A stretch of DNA of 64,000 nt from Pseudomonadota bacterium. GTDB lineage: Bacteria; Pseudomonadota; Gammaproteobacteria; UBA1113. Below are positions 41,601 through 51,090 of the stretch, piece by piece (within the stretch, counting starts at the first letter, position 1; each line of letters starts with the position of its first letter). The DNA lies in assembly GCA_021782495.1 (NCBI GenBank), contig JAJXUV010000001.1, positions 24,810-88,809 on the forward strand. Reading direction: 5' to 3'. The notes under the pieces are model-generated. The model was not told where the DNA came from. It made no database searches and saw nothing but the letters and a program-made list of their open reading frames with translations. Made by a program: the position numbers and the translations under genes.

Positions 41601-41628
41601 AAAAAAACGCTTTCGCAAGAATAGTAGA

Positions 41629-42078
41629 TCACTGCAATTTCTCTTTGATCAGCTTACTCACCATCGCCATATCGGCGCGACCTTGCAATAAGGGTTTCAA
41701 TGCGGCCATCACGGCACCCATGTCTTTCATGGAAGTTGCGCCAGCCGCCGCAATGTGTTCAGTCACTAAGGCTACTATGGCTTCATGAGACAAGGGTTCG
41801 GGCATATATTTGCGCAATAAATTCAATTCAAAGGTTTCTTTGTCGACCAAATCCGTACGGCCTGCCGCTTGAAATTGTTCAATGGCATCCAAGCGTTGTT
41901 TGGCTAATTTATCAAACAAAGCAATAATTTCTTCATCACTTAATTCAACGCGCTCATCCACTTCTTTTTGTTTAATCGCCGCCATCATCAGCCGCATAGC
42001 CCCTAAAGTGGCTTTGTCCTGTGCTCGCATGACGGCTTTCAAATCTTCTTGTAAGCGTTCCTTCAATAGACTGGCCAT
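41629..42078 (-). CDS. yqeY: GatB/YqeY domain protein
   Basis: 149 aa; canonical position between rpsU and dnaG. Confidence 0.85.
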   Translation of the reverse strand: MASLLKERLQEDLKAVMRAQDKATLGAMRLMMAAIKQKEVDERVELSDEEIIALFDKLAKQRLDAIEQFQAAGRTDLVDKETFELNLLRKYMPEPLSHEAIVALVTEHIAAAGATSMKDMGAVMAALKPLLQGRADMAMVSKLIKEKLQ

Positions 42079-42080
42079 TT

Positions 42081-42329
42081 TTAATAACGCTTGGTGACTT
42101 TCTTTTTCTTAGAAAAACTACCGCGCGAAGGCGTTGGCGCTTCTTTAGCCAATTTCTTTAAATGACGCTTCACAGCAGCTGCTTTTTCTTGAGCACGCAC
42201 TTTGGTAGGCTTCTCGTAACGCGCTCTGCGTTTTACTTCTGTTAATATACCTGCTTTTTCACAAGCTCGTTTAAAACGACGTAACAACCCGTCTGGGCTT
42301 TCGTGTGGTTTTGCCGTAACACTTGGCAT
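42081..42329 (-). CDS. rpsU: 30S ribosomal protein S21
   Basis: [31 protein letters not shown].. matches the S21 consensus; basic C-terminal extension. Confidence 0.85.
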   Translation of the reverse strand: MPSVTAKPHESPDGLLRRFKRACEKAGILTEVKRRARYEKPTKVRAQEKAAAVKRHLKKLAKEAPTPSRGSFSKKKKVTKRY

Positions 42330-42511
42330 GTAGATACTCTCCCATCAATATTTAGGCTGTGCATTGTAAGCCTTCTTTCAATTAAATGCAATACGCACTC
42401 AATAATCTACCGTTTTTCTAGAAAAGCCTATAGTTGACGCATCTTGCCCGCAATTTTGATGTGAAAAATACGCATTTATGCCGATATAAACCCCGCTTTT
42501 TCCCCTCAAAA

Positions 42512-43402
42512 TTACGGGCAACCTCCATCCAAATCTGGGCTTTTTCGTATATTTGGATGATGCGGGTAAGCTGTTACATACGCGCCTGGACCTATCGCAC
42601 CAATGGCTTGACCCATGCGCAAAATTTGACCAGATTCTAAGGAGGGTAAAAATTGCGCATTTTGCTTGCCAAAGAGGCAAATCACCGTAGAACCATAATA
42701 AAAATAACCCAACTCCGCCCCTTTGCTAAAAGGCAGCTGCGGATACTGATGCACAACGGGATGCTGTGCCGATTGGGGGACAATACGACCTGCAAATTGT
42801 GTGTGGATACCCGCAACCAATAAAGCAGCGACCAAAATCAGCACAAAAGGTCCCGAAGGCGAATCAAAATAACAAATCAAGCGCTCATTGCGGGCGAATA
42901 ATCGAGGGATTTTTGCCACGCTGCTTTTGTTCACCGAAAAAAGCTGCCCGGGTACGTAGACCGCTTGAGTCAACATCCCATCACAAGGCATGTGTACGCG
43001 ATGGTAATCTTTGGGGGCCAAATAAATCGTGATAAAATGTCCTGAATGAAAAGGCGTTTTTTCTTCGGGATTTAAAGCCAATAACTCATTTAAATCATAA
43101 GTACAGCCTTTGACTTGCAAGAGTTGAGATCCTTGAATCTCGCCTAATTCGCTGATGGTACCATCCGCCGGACTCACTAAAACGGTTTCACCCAGCGCAA
43201 TGGGCCGCGCTTCGGGCCTCAATTTTCGGATGAATAAACTCTGAAAACTGTCGTAAGTGTGCAGATCGCTCGATTCTGCTTCACTCAAATTCACGTCATA
43301 AGCACTTAAAAATAACTTCATCAAAAACCATTTTACCAGCGGTTGCTTGCATTCAGCCAGCTTAGCCGTGAGGCGCGACAAGAAGTGTTGGAATAATTGC
43401 AT
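42512..43402 (-). CDS. psd: Phosphatidylserine decarboxylase proenzyme
   Basis: LSPxDYHRVHMP motif and C-terminal GST self-cleavage site (YFYYGSTVI). Confidence 0.9.
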   Translation of the reverse strand: MQLFQHFLSRLTAKLAECKQPLVKWFLMKLFLSAYDVNLSEAESSDLHTYDSFQSLFIRKLRPEARPIALGETVLVSPADGTISELGEIQGSQLLQVKGCTYDLNELLALNPEEKTPFHSGHFITIYLAPKDYHRVHMPCDGMLTQAVYVPGQLFSVNKSSVAKIPRLFARNERLICYFDSPSGPFVLILVAALLVAGIHTQFAGRIVPQSAQHPVVHQYPQLPFSKGAELGYFYYGSTVICLFGKQNAQFLPSLESGQILRMGQAIGAIGPGAYVTAYPHHPNIRKSPDLDGGCP

Positions 43403-43452
43403 TCCATCGATATCCTAAATAAAAGGAAGCTCAGTATACTCATTTTATCGTT

Positions 43453-43908
43453 TTATTGAAAGCCCAATTGTCGCCAGGCTTCATACACCGCAATAGCCAC
43501 TGTGTTAGACAGATTCAAACTGCGACTTTGGCCCTGCATGGGAATACGCAGAATGTGTTGTGCGGGAAAGGTGTCTAAAATGTCTTTCGGTAAACCGCGC
43601 GTTTCAGGACCAAATAGAAAAAAATCGTTTTTTTGATAATGTATATGGGTATAAGGATGATTGGCCTTAGTAGAAAAAGCAAAAAGACGCGTGTCTTGGG
43701 GGCGCTCTCTAAGAAAGTATGGCCAGCTCTCATAATAGCAAATCGTCGCGTATTCGTGGTAATCCAAGCCAGCACGTTTTAAAGTTTTGTCATTCAATTC
43801 AAAGCCAAGCGGTTTAATCAAGTGTAACGTACTGCCCGTGTTGGCGCACAAGCGAATGATGTTGCCGGTGTTGGGTGGAATTTCCGGCTCAAACAAAACG
43901 ACATTCAC
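43453..43908 (-). CDS. trmL: tRNA (cytidine34/5-cmnm-uridine34-2'-O)-methyltransferase TrmL
   Basis: 151 aa minimal SPOUT MTase ([25 protein letters not shown]). Confidence 0.85.
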   Translation of the reverse strand: MNVVLFEPEIPPNTGNIIRLCANTGSTLHLIKPLGFELNDKTLKRAGLDYHEYATICYYESWPYFLRERPQDTRLFAFSTKANHPYTHIHYQKNDFFLFGPETRGLPKDILDTFPAQHILRIPMQGQSRSLNLSNTVAIAVYEAWRQLGFQ

Positions 43909-44849
43909 GATGCATCGGTCGTATTGAGTGTCTCTCCATCCATCAATTCCGTTTGCGTCATCGATTGTTTGACGGGATCAGAACTTGGTTTTCTAAAAGA
44001 CGCTGGCGGGGGTGTCGCTGTGTTTTTCGTCTCGCTTTCAGGCGGAAGCGCTTGAATGTCTCGATCGGCGACCGCATCATCCAAGTAATCGTCCGTCAAA
44101 GGATCGCCATTATTTGCATTCGACGCATTTCCGTATTTTATCTCGCGTCCCGTATAGCGTTTAATAAGGCTTGCACGTTTTTGCAAATACGCGTCACGAA
44201 TAAAGACGTATTGATCCAAAGATGCTTGTTTGGCAATGTCTTCAGAGGAAAGCAAACTAGCTCGCAAATTCACGATGTCTAATACGATCATGATATTGCG
44301 AACCCTAGGTTCGCGATTCATGTATCCCCACAAACTTAAATAACGATAATTCGGCCACAAAGCCAAAGCATCGCGAATGTCGCTAGGACCAATGACCGGT
44401 AACACCAAATAAGGTGAAGTGGTGATACCGTATTGTGCCAGCGTAATGCCAAAATCATTGTAATGTTTGGTGAGCCCCATACTCGAAGCGGGATCAAATA
44501 AACCCAATACACCCACGGTGGTATTGATGACAAAACGGCCCAAAGCAATGGCACTTAATTTAAAATTCGCTTGTAAAGTATCGTTCGTAAAAGTAGACAC
44601 TTCGCCTATGTTGCTAAAAAAATTGGTGACGCGATCGCGCGCGAATTGGGGGGTCACAAAAGTATAAGCCTGAGCTATCGGTTTAATGGCGTATTTGTCC
44701 AGTTTTTCATTAAAACTAAAAGTGGCTCTGTTCATGCCTTGTAAGGGATCGACAGGATCGGGCGCATAGGGTTTGCTAGAGCAAGCGGCCAGTAAAAGTG
44801 CAGTGGTATACAAGGTCGTTCTATACGCGATTTTTGTTCGAAATTTCAT
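43905..44849 (-). CDS. mlaA: MlaA/VacJ family outer-membrane lipoprotein
   Basis: Lipobox LLAACSS then DPLEGxNRxxFxFN-type MlaA core; start trimmed to MKFRTK. Confidence 0.8.
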   Translation of the reverse strand: MKFRTKIAYRTTLYTTALLLAACSSKPYAPDPVDPLQGMNRATFSFNEKLDKYAIKPIAQAYTFVTPQFARDRVTNFFSNIGEVSTFTNDTLQANFKLSAIALGRFVINTTVGVLGLFDPASSMGLTKHYNDFGITLAQYGITTSPYLVLPVIGPSDIRDALALWPNYRYLSLWGYMNREPRVRNIMIVLDIVNLRASLLSSEDIAKQASLDQYVFIRDAYLQKRASLIKRYTGREIKYGNASNANNGDPLTDDYLDDAVADRDIQALPPESETKNTATPPPASFRKPSSDPVKQSMTQTELMDGETLNTTDAS

Positions 44850-45063
44850 GCTCTTTGCTATTCCAATGGCTTTCATGAATATATAGATTAGCACAAAATG
44901 AAAAAGATTCAATAACATAATTAAACGGAACTCGTAATATGTTCTATTTTTGCCCAATACAGATTAGCAGGGAGAATAATTTGTACTAAACTATTTTTTA
45001 TGGTATAATTTGATTTCCTTATGGAATAAGATCTCACTTTAACCCTAGAAATGGATTTTTCAA

Positions 45064-46383
45064 ATGAGCGCCACCATGTTTAGATCAACAAAAGCTACCC
45101 CCACCAAAAAAGCCTTTAGCCCTAGACCTTATCGCGTTCGGTTGCCAATGCTATTGCCTATTCAATCGAGCACAAAATTGTTACAAGATCATCGCGTTAC
45201 CCATGTTCTGCCGAAACTAGAGCAATTGCTGTATACCAGCCAAGAAAAATACCACAATCTGTATTTGGGTGCTTTACATAGTTTTGCGGAATACGTACAA
45301 CAATTACCGTCTAGACACAATTTTCATTTCAATCACATCAATGGTTGTTTGTTATTGGGTTTATTACGCGCTTATCAAACCATACGACTCTACCGCGAAC
45401 AAACGCCTATCAACAGTTATGGTCGCGACAAAGTGCCCGCCAACATTGCCTTATGGTCTTATGCTTTGTACACCGCCGCTTTATTTCTAGGGGTCGGTGA
45501 AATTTACGCGACTTACTGGATTTCCCTGTGTGACGCGCATGGCGAATTTAAACAACGTTGGTCGTCCAAAATAGGACCGATGACACAATACACCGCCGAT
45601 GCCACACACTATCGTTATTCTTTTGAAGCCGAAAGACGCGACGCCATTGCGAATCTCGACACTTTGGCCGTGGCCGAAAAAATGCTCCCCAAAGAAGGCT
45701 TGGCTTGGATCGCCAGCGACAAATACGTTTATGAATTGTGGTCTGCTATTTTAACAGGCGATCACGGCCGTGCAGGACCTTTCGCAGGCTTCATACTGCC
45801 CAGCGAAGACATCGTTTTAGAACAACATCAAGATTTGATTGAATCATTAGAAGATTTTCTATTGCATGAACAAAGACACGAATTCACTGGAGAACACAGC
45901 AAAGAATTGGCGATCGAATTAGCCAATATAGAGAACCTGCAAGACTTAACGCTCGAACAACTTAAAGAAATCCGAGAATCCGATCAGAAAATGCTCCTCG
46001 AAATACCGGGAAAAACCAGCTCTATCTATATTAATTTTGGGACCAATATGAATAAGTTGTCTGGAGATACTCTGTGTTTTATCTTATTCCAGGTTTTAAG
46101 CGTTCTCAATTATAATGTGGGCGTCTTTACACAGCTGATTGGTAATGGCTTAGCTATGTCACCCACCCTACTGCAAGTTTTCAAACAAGCTTTCCCAGAT
46201 TTCTTTATGAAATTAGCTTCTCAGAGCTTAGGAAAAACAGTGGGGGGATCTTTAGTATTTGATCCGACCGGCATGCTCCAAAATCTACCGCGTCAATCGC
46301 CCGCTAGTCCGCAAAATATTTTTATTCCAGGCACACAGCCAACGAATGCGCCCTCTGTCTCACCAGGCCCCAGTATGAAGTAG
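45064..46383 (+). CDS. Hypothetical protein (439 aa); the N-terminal region resembles the TraI_2 (ICE relaxase, HD-like) domain but with degenerate metal-binding histidines
   Basis: ..LGALHSFAEYVQQLPSRHNFHFNHINGCLLLGLLRAY.. compared with the TraI_2 consensus ..FAEFVQLLPASE.HHH..GGLL.HTL..; the match is recalled from memory and not searched. Confidence 0.45.
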   Translation: MSATMFRSTKATPTKKAFSPRPYRVRLPMLLPIQSSTKLLQDHRVTHVLPKLEQLLYTSQEKYHNLYLGALHSFAEYVQQLPSRHNFHFNHINGCLLLGLLRAYQTIRLYREQTPINSYGRDKVPANIALWSYALYTAALFLGVGEIYATYWISLCDAHGEFKQRWSSKIGPMTQYTADATHYRYSFEAERRDAIANLDTLAVAEKMLPKEGLAWIASDKYVYELWSAILTGDHGRAGPFAGFILPSEDIVLEQHQDLIESLEDFLLHEQRHEFTGEHSKELAIELANIENLQDLTLEQLKEIRESDQKMLLEIPGKTSSIYINFGTNMNKLSGDTLCFILFQVLSVLNYNVGVFTQLIGNGLAMSPTLLQVFKQAFPDFFMKLASQSLGKTVGGSLVFDPTGMLQNLPRQSPASPQNIFIPGTQPTNAPSVSPGPSMK

Positions 46384-46512
46384 TTATTTCTGCCGTCAAT
46401 GACGGCCTTCAGGATCTTCGTCTTTACTCCAAATATGATCGTTATTCGCGATGTCGCCGTGACAGGACCCCGCGCTCGAACTAGATCTCACAGAACTAGA
46501 TCTCAAAAGCTG

Positions 46513-49260
46513 TCACAGTTCATTCTGCCTCAAACTCGACAAAGGCTCTCCAAAACTATCGATATACCCTGGAATACTCTGACGTAACAATCCGGAAGCA
46601 TTGTTGGTTGCGACATTTCCCAAACCGATAAAAGCAAACTGTAAATAGATACTATTGATAAATTGTGGCTTATCTTGATTTTCTGCATCCAAATAATTAA
46701 AAGCATGTGCACCGACGACCCGAATGGCCCAACAACACGTATCGTATTCTAATCCACCCATTAGATTCTGAACGTGTGTTTGACTCAGATTGTAATTCCA
46801 ACGACCAAAGGTTTTCCATTGCGGTGACAAAGGCCACACTGCCGACACATCCGTTTGATTCAAATTATTTTCAGAACTGCTCGGACTCGCTAACAAAGTT
46901 CCATTGCTATCAACCAGTTGATCCCCACCACGTAAAAATGTATAGCCCATATTAAAAATATGGTTATTATCGCGTTTATATTGCATTGCCAGGCCTGCAT
47001 TGTTGATACCCCGAGGAACATCCACCAAAGTTGTTGTTCCTGTTTGCGTGTTAAAGCCTTCTTGTTCTTGGCCGTCTTGTGGATTCCAAGCCAGATTTCC
47101 ATTTAAACTCCAGGCTTGTGACATTTTATAACTCGCGTCAGCCGCAACCGGCGAAAAACTATTGGTGGGCGGAACATTATTGTAGAAAGTTACAGCATCT
47201 AAAGTACTGGGGTCGATATTGACCTTTCGATTTTCAAAATAATAAATTTCGCCCACACTCAAATGCATTTCTTCCACGCCTGTTTCTGGGTCCAGAATTC
47301 TAGACGTCAAAGAATAGGAAATTTGGTTGGCATCTCCAATGCGATCGTTGCCGGTAAAACGGTTGGTTCTAAACAATTGAGCGTAAGTAAAAGGTTCCAC
47401 GGTGGTATCAAACAGAGGAATGTCATTTTGATTGCGATAAGGTACATACAAATAAAACAAACGCGGTTCCAAGGTTTGCTGATAGGCATGTCCAAACCAA
47501 GAACCTTCTTTATCGAAAAACAATCCGCCATCCACGTCATAAATTGGCAGTGCTCTCGTAATAGTGCTCTCTTCTCCAGGCACTTGATTGCTTAAATTGT
47601 ATTCTGTGACAGACATTTGCACATTGGGTTTCAAATAACCGCTCGCCGAATACAAAGGCAAAGTGAGCTGTGGATTGGTGATAGTCCTAGAACCCTCTGC
47701 AGGCGAAGCCGGCATAATCACCATACCGGTTTCATCCGTCACTGGCATCACAGAACCTGGCGTTTTAGTTTCGTGGAAATAATCGAATTGATTGTTAAAA
47801 AGAAAATCCACATTGCCCAAAGCTTGTGGGTAATTCGCATTCAATATCACTTCGGGCAGTTTTTCGTAAGTATTTTCTACCGGCACTTCGTTGACCGGAT
47901 GCAAAGTTTGATACCCTTCCATCATGGTTTTAAAATACCAGTGATCGCTGTTGTAAGCCACATCGCCAACGTTGTGAATTTGATTTTGGCTGGTTTGTGC
48001 CGGATCAGAAGGAAAATCTTGGAAATAATAATCGTCGCTCACTGTATTCACATAAAGATTAGAACTCCAGTGCGTATTGTATTGACGATCGTCTTTCCAC
48101 GACACAAAATAACGATTGTCGCTGCCATCCAATAAACGATCTAAAGTAGGTGGTTGTTGAGCCGGTGGTACACTGGCGTATAGATTTTCCTCTTCTTTTT
48201 GAAAACTGGAAAAGGCTTTATCTCCTGGTAAAAAAGCACCATGAATATCGCCGCTGCCATTAGAATTTAAATAACGAAAATCATCGTTTAAATTAATCCC
48301 TCGTGCTGACATGTATTCCGGCGTAAACACCATATCGTAATTCGGCGCCAAATTGAAATAATACGGTTGCGATATGTCATATCCATTTAAAGACGAATGG
48401 CTTAAATTAGGCAATAAAAATCCCGATTTACGTCGCGCATCGATGGGGAAAGTCATGTAAGGCACATAGAATATCGGCAATTCTTTGTAGTACAAACGTG
48501 CTTGTTTTGCAGTGCCTTCACCACTTTCTCGATCCAAGGTAATTTGATTGGCTTTCACCGACCAAATATGCGTTAAAGGCGGGCAAGTGGTGTAGGTCGC
48601 ATTTTGAATAACAATCAAACCTTCTTTGGTCTGATTAAATTGCGTGGCACTTCCCCAGGCATTTACACCGGTTACTTTGGATTCAATATCATTTAAAGCC
48701 GTGATATTCTCGATGGTATTGGTCAGATTTCGTCTATACAGAATTTCTTCCATTTGCCCGGTTTTATCTTCCAAATTAAAAACACCCTGATCCCCTATCA
48801 CCAATTCGCCCGGATGTCGCAAATACACATGACCATAAGCCGCGACATTGTCTATTTGGCCACTCTTGGCGTCTCTGTTAATGTATAAAAGATCGCTGCC
48901 CACCATTTGATTGGGTTGTTCTAAAATGACATTGCCTCTTAAAATAGAATCGCCTGTGAGCGATAATTCCGTTTCATCGGCACTGGCATGAATGGGAATT
49001 TGATTGGCTTGTAACGCGGCATCAACGCTTTTGAAAGTCGGCTCCACATAATACCCCCGGCAGGCTTGATTGGTATTTTCATTGGTCACAAAACCCAATT
49101 CTTCGGCCATTTGCGAAGCACTCATTTCAGACCAATTCAACCGGGGATAATTTGTTTTAGTCCACGCGTTTTCATCCTTTGAGTCGATGGCATAGGCAGA
49201 CATTGCGCAAAAAATAAACGCTAATTGTAAATAGATCTTATTTTGCTTAAAAAATGCCAC
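46513..49260 (-). CDS. lptD: LPS-assembly protein LptD (OstA/Imp)
   Basis: 915 aa; signal peptide, N-terminal OstA domain, and a large C-terminal beta-barrel. Confidence 0.9.
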   Translation of the reverse strand: MAFFKQNKIYLQLAFIFCAMSAYAIDSKDENAWTKTNYPRLNWSEMSASQMAEELGFVTNENTNQACRGYYVEPTFKSVDAALQANQIPIHASADETELSLTGDSILRGNVILEQPNQMVGSDLLYINRDAKSGQIDNVAAYGHVYLRHPGELVIGDQGVFNLEDKTGQMEEILYRRNLTNTIENITALNDIESKVTGVNAWGSATQFNQTKEGLIVIQNATYTTCPPLTHIWSVKANQITLDRESGEGTAKQARLYYKELPIFYVPYMTFPIDARRKSGFLLPNLSHSSLNGYDISQPYYFNLAPNYDMVFTPEYMSARGINLNDDFRYLNSNGSGDIHGAFLPGDKAFSSFQKEEENLYASVPPAQQPPTLDRLLDGSDNRYFVSWKDDRQYNTHWSSNLYVNTVSDDYYFQDFPSDPAQTSQNQIHNVGDVAYNSDHWYFKTMMEGYQTLHPVNEVPVENTYEKLPEVILNANYPQALGNVDFLFNNQFDYFHETKTPGSVMPVTDETGMVIMPASPAEGSRTITNPQLTLPLYSASGYLKPNVQMSVTEYNLSNQVPGEESTITRALPIYDVDGGLFFDKEGSWFGHAYQQTLEPRLFYLYVPYRNQNDIPLFDTTVEPFTYAQLFRTNRFTGNDRIGDANQISYSLTSRILDPETGVEEMHLSVGEIYYFENRKVNIDPSTLDAVTFYNNVPPTNSFSPVAADASYKMSQAWSLNGNLAWNPQDGQEQEGFNTQTGTTTLVDVPRGINNAGLAMQYKRDNNHIFNMGYTFLRGGDQLVDSNGTLLASPSSSENNLNQTDVSAVWPLSPQWKTFGRWNYNLSQTHVQNLMGGLEYDTCCWAIRVVGAHAFNYLDAENQDKPQFINSIYLQFAFIGLGNVATNNASGLLRQSIPGYIDSFGEPLSSLRQNEL

Positions 49261-49358
49261 CCGGATGCCCCATCTAAAAAATCAATAATACGCAAGTATG
49301 GGTAGAGGTGCAATAATTGGATGGTGTATAATGCAGCCAACATGATGCGAGAATACCG

Positions 49359-50363
49359 ATGATTACCAATAATCGTTCAGAATCCTTAAAAAATTGGCTT
49401 CATAAAAATTTAAACACGACTGAGATTCAAATTAACCCTCTCGCCGGAGACGCGAGTTTCAGACGCTATTTTCGTGTGCAATACGACGATCAAATTCGAA
49501 TTGCCATGGATGCCCCCCCCGAATTAGAAGACAGCCATTCTTTTGTTGCCATACAAGCGCATTTAAATACTTTAAATCTACAAGTACCCCACTTACATGC
49601 GATCGATTTGGCACAAGGATTCATATTAATGGATGATTTGGGTGATACTTGGTTGTGGCACAAAGCTTCAAATCCTCTATCAAACACACTCTATCAAAAT
49701 GCTATAGACGATTTGTTGGTGATGCAATCACACGCGGCACCAACGCCCTTAGCCGTTTTCGATGCAGCATTTATGGGGCAGGAATTGGCTTTTTTCAAAC
49801 AATGGTTTCTTCAAGATTATTTGCAATTGTCTTTAAGTTCCGCAGAAAATGATTTGCTTGAAAATATTTTTTCACAATTGATTCAAGCCGCGCTCTCGCA
49901 ACCCTATTATTTTTGCCACCGCGATTACCATTCTCGTAATTTAATGGTTTTAAACAACGCTAAAATGGGGATCCTCGATTTTCAAGATGCGGTTTTAGGC
50001 CCCCTAACCTATGACTTGGTTTCTTTGTTGCGCGATTGTTATGTCACTTTAAGTGAGGCCGACTTGCAAAAGCATTTACAGTATTATTTCGAAAAAGCGG
50101 GGATGATGGGGTTATTCGACACGAAAGATTTTAACACGTTCAACCAATGGTTTGATTGGATGGGATTACAACGCCACTTAAAAGCCATTTTCATTTTTGC
50201 GCGCAAACAATTGCGTGACAATAATCCAAATTTTTTAAGGTATCTTCCACGCACTTTAAATTATGTACATACTATTAGTCGTCCTTATGAACAATTGTCT
50301 GACTTTCATCACTTCATGGAAAAACGAATATTACCCACTTTCAAAGAGGTATATGTGATATGA
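49359..50363 (+). CDS. amgK: Aminoglycoside-phosphotransferase-fold sugar kinase, AmgK-like (anomeric MurNAc/GlcNAc kinase)
   Basis: APH fold with CHRDYHSRNLMV catalytic loop and DFQD; divergent from lptD and followed by murU as in Pseudomonas. Confidence 0.65.
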   Translation: MITNNRSESLKNWLHKNLNTTEIQINPLAGDASFRRYFRVQYDDQIRIAMDAPPELEDSHSFVAIQAHLNTLNLQVPHLHAIDLAQGFILMDDLGDTWLWHKASNPLSNTLYQNAIDDLLVMQSHAAPTPLAVFDAAFMGQELAFFKQWFLQDYLQLSLSSAENDLLENIFSQLIQAALSQPYYFCHRDYHSRNLMVLNNAKMGILDFQDAVLGPLTYDLVSLLRDCYVTLSEADLQKHLQYYFEKAGMMGLFDTKDFNTFNQWFDWMGLQRHLKAIFIFARKQLRDNNPNFLRYLPRTLNYVHTISRPYEQLSDFHHFMEKRILPTFKEVYVI

Positions 50364-51022
50364 AAGCCATGTTACTCGCCGCCGGTTATGGCAAACGCTT
50401 ACATCACATGACACAAACTTGTCCCAAACCTTTGTTAAAAATACAAGGGAAACACACGCTCATCGATTATCATTTGCAGCATTTGGCTAAAGCAGGTATT
50501 CAAGAATGTGTGATCAATGTCAGTCATTTGGGTCATTTAATTCAAAATCATGTACAAGACGGTCAGGCTTATGGATTAAAGGTCATTTATTCAATCGAAG
50601 AAAAACCTCTAGAAACAGGTGGCGGTGTTAAAAAAGCTTTGCCTTTGTTAGGACCCGATCCCTTCATCGTCATCAGTGCCGACATTTGGTGCGATTATCC
50701 CTTGGCGCAATTAAAAGCGCCCCTAGGTCTTGCGCATTTGGTGTTAAACGACAGATTGCCGAATAAAAAAGGGGATTTTGCTTTGTATGAGGATTTTGCG
50801 TCTTGTTATGGTTGCAACACTTTAAATTACGCCGGTGTTTCTGTCTTGCGTCCGGAATTATTTCTTGGAAACACAGCGACTGTTTTTCCTTTAATGGATC
50901 TGTGGCGTTCAGCGTGCAAAAAAGGATTAGTCAGCGGCGAATATTATTCCGGATTGTGGTTTAATGTCGGTGATACAAGGACTTTAGAGCAAATACAGCG
51001 GTATTCCTTTGAATACACTTGA
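50360..51022 (+). CDS. murU: Nucleotidyltransferase MurU-like (MurNAc-alpha-1-P uridylyltransferase)
   Basis: N-terminal LLAAGYGKRL..KPLL NTP-transferase motif; overlaps the amgK stop. Confidence 0.65.
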   Translation: MKAMLLAAGYGKRLHHMTQTCPKPLLKIQGKHTLIDYHLQHLAKAGIQECVINVSHLGHLIQNHVQDGQAYGLKVIYSIEEKPLETGGGVKKALPLLGPDPFIVISADIWCDYPLAQLKAPLGLAHLVLNDRLPNKKGDFALYEDFASCYGCNTLNYAGVSVLRPELFLGNTATVFPLMDLWRSACKKGLVSGEYYSGLWFNVGDTRTLEQIQRYSFEYT

Positions 51023-51090
51023 TATGACCGACTTGAAATCCAACCCTCAATCGGCGACAATGGCCCCTGCAGCGACTTCGGAGAAACCCC

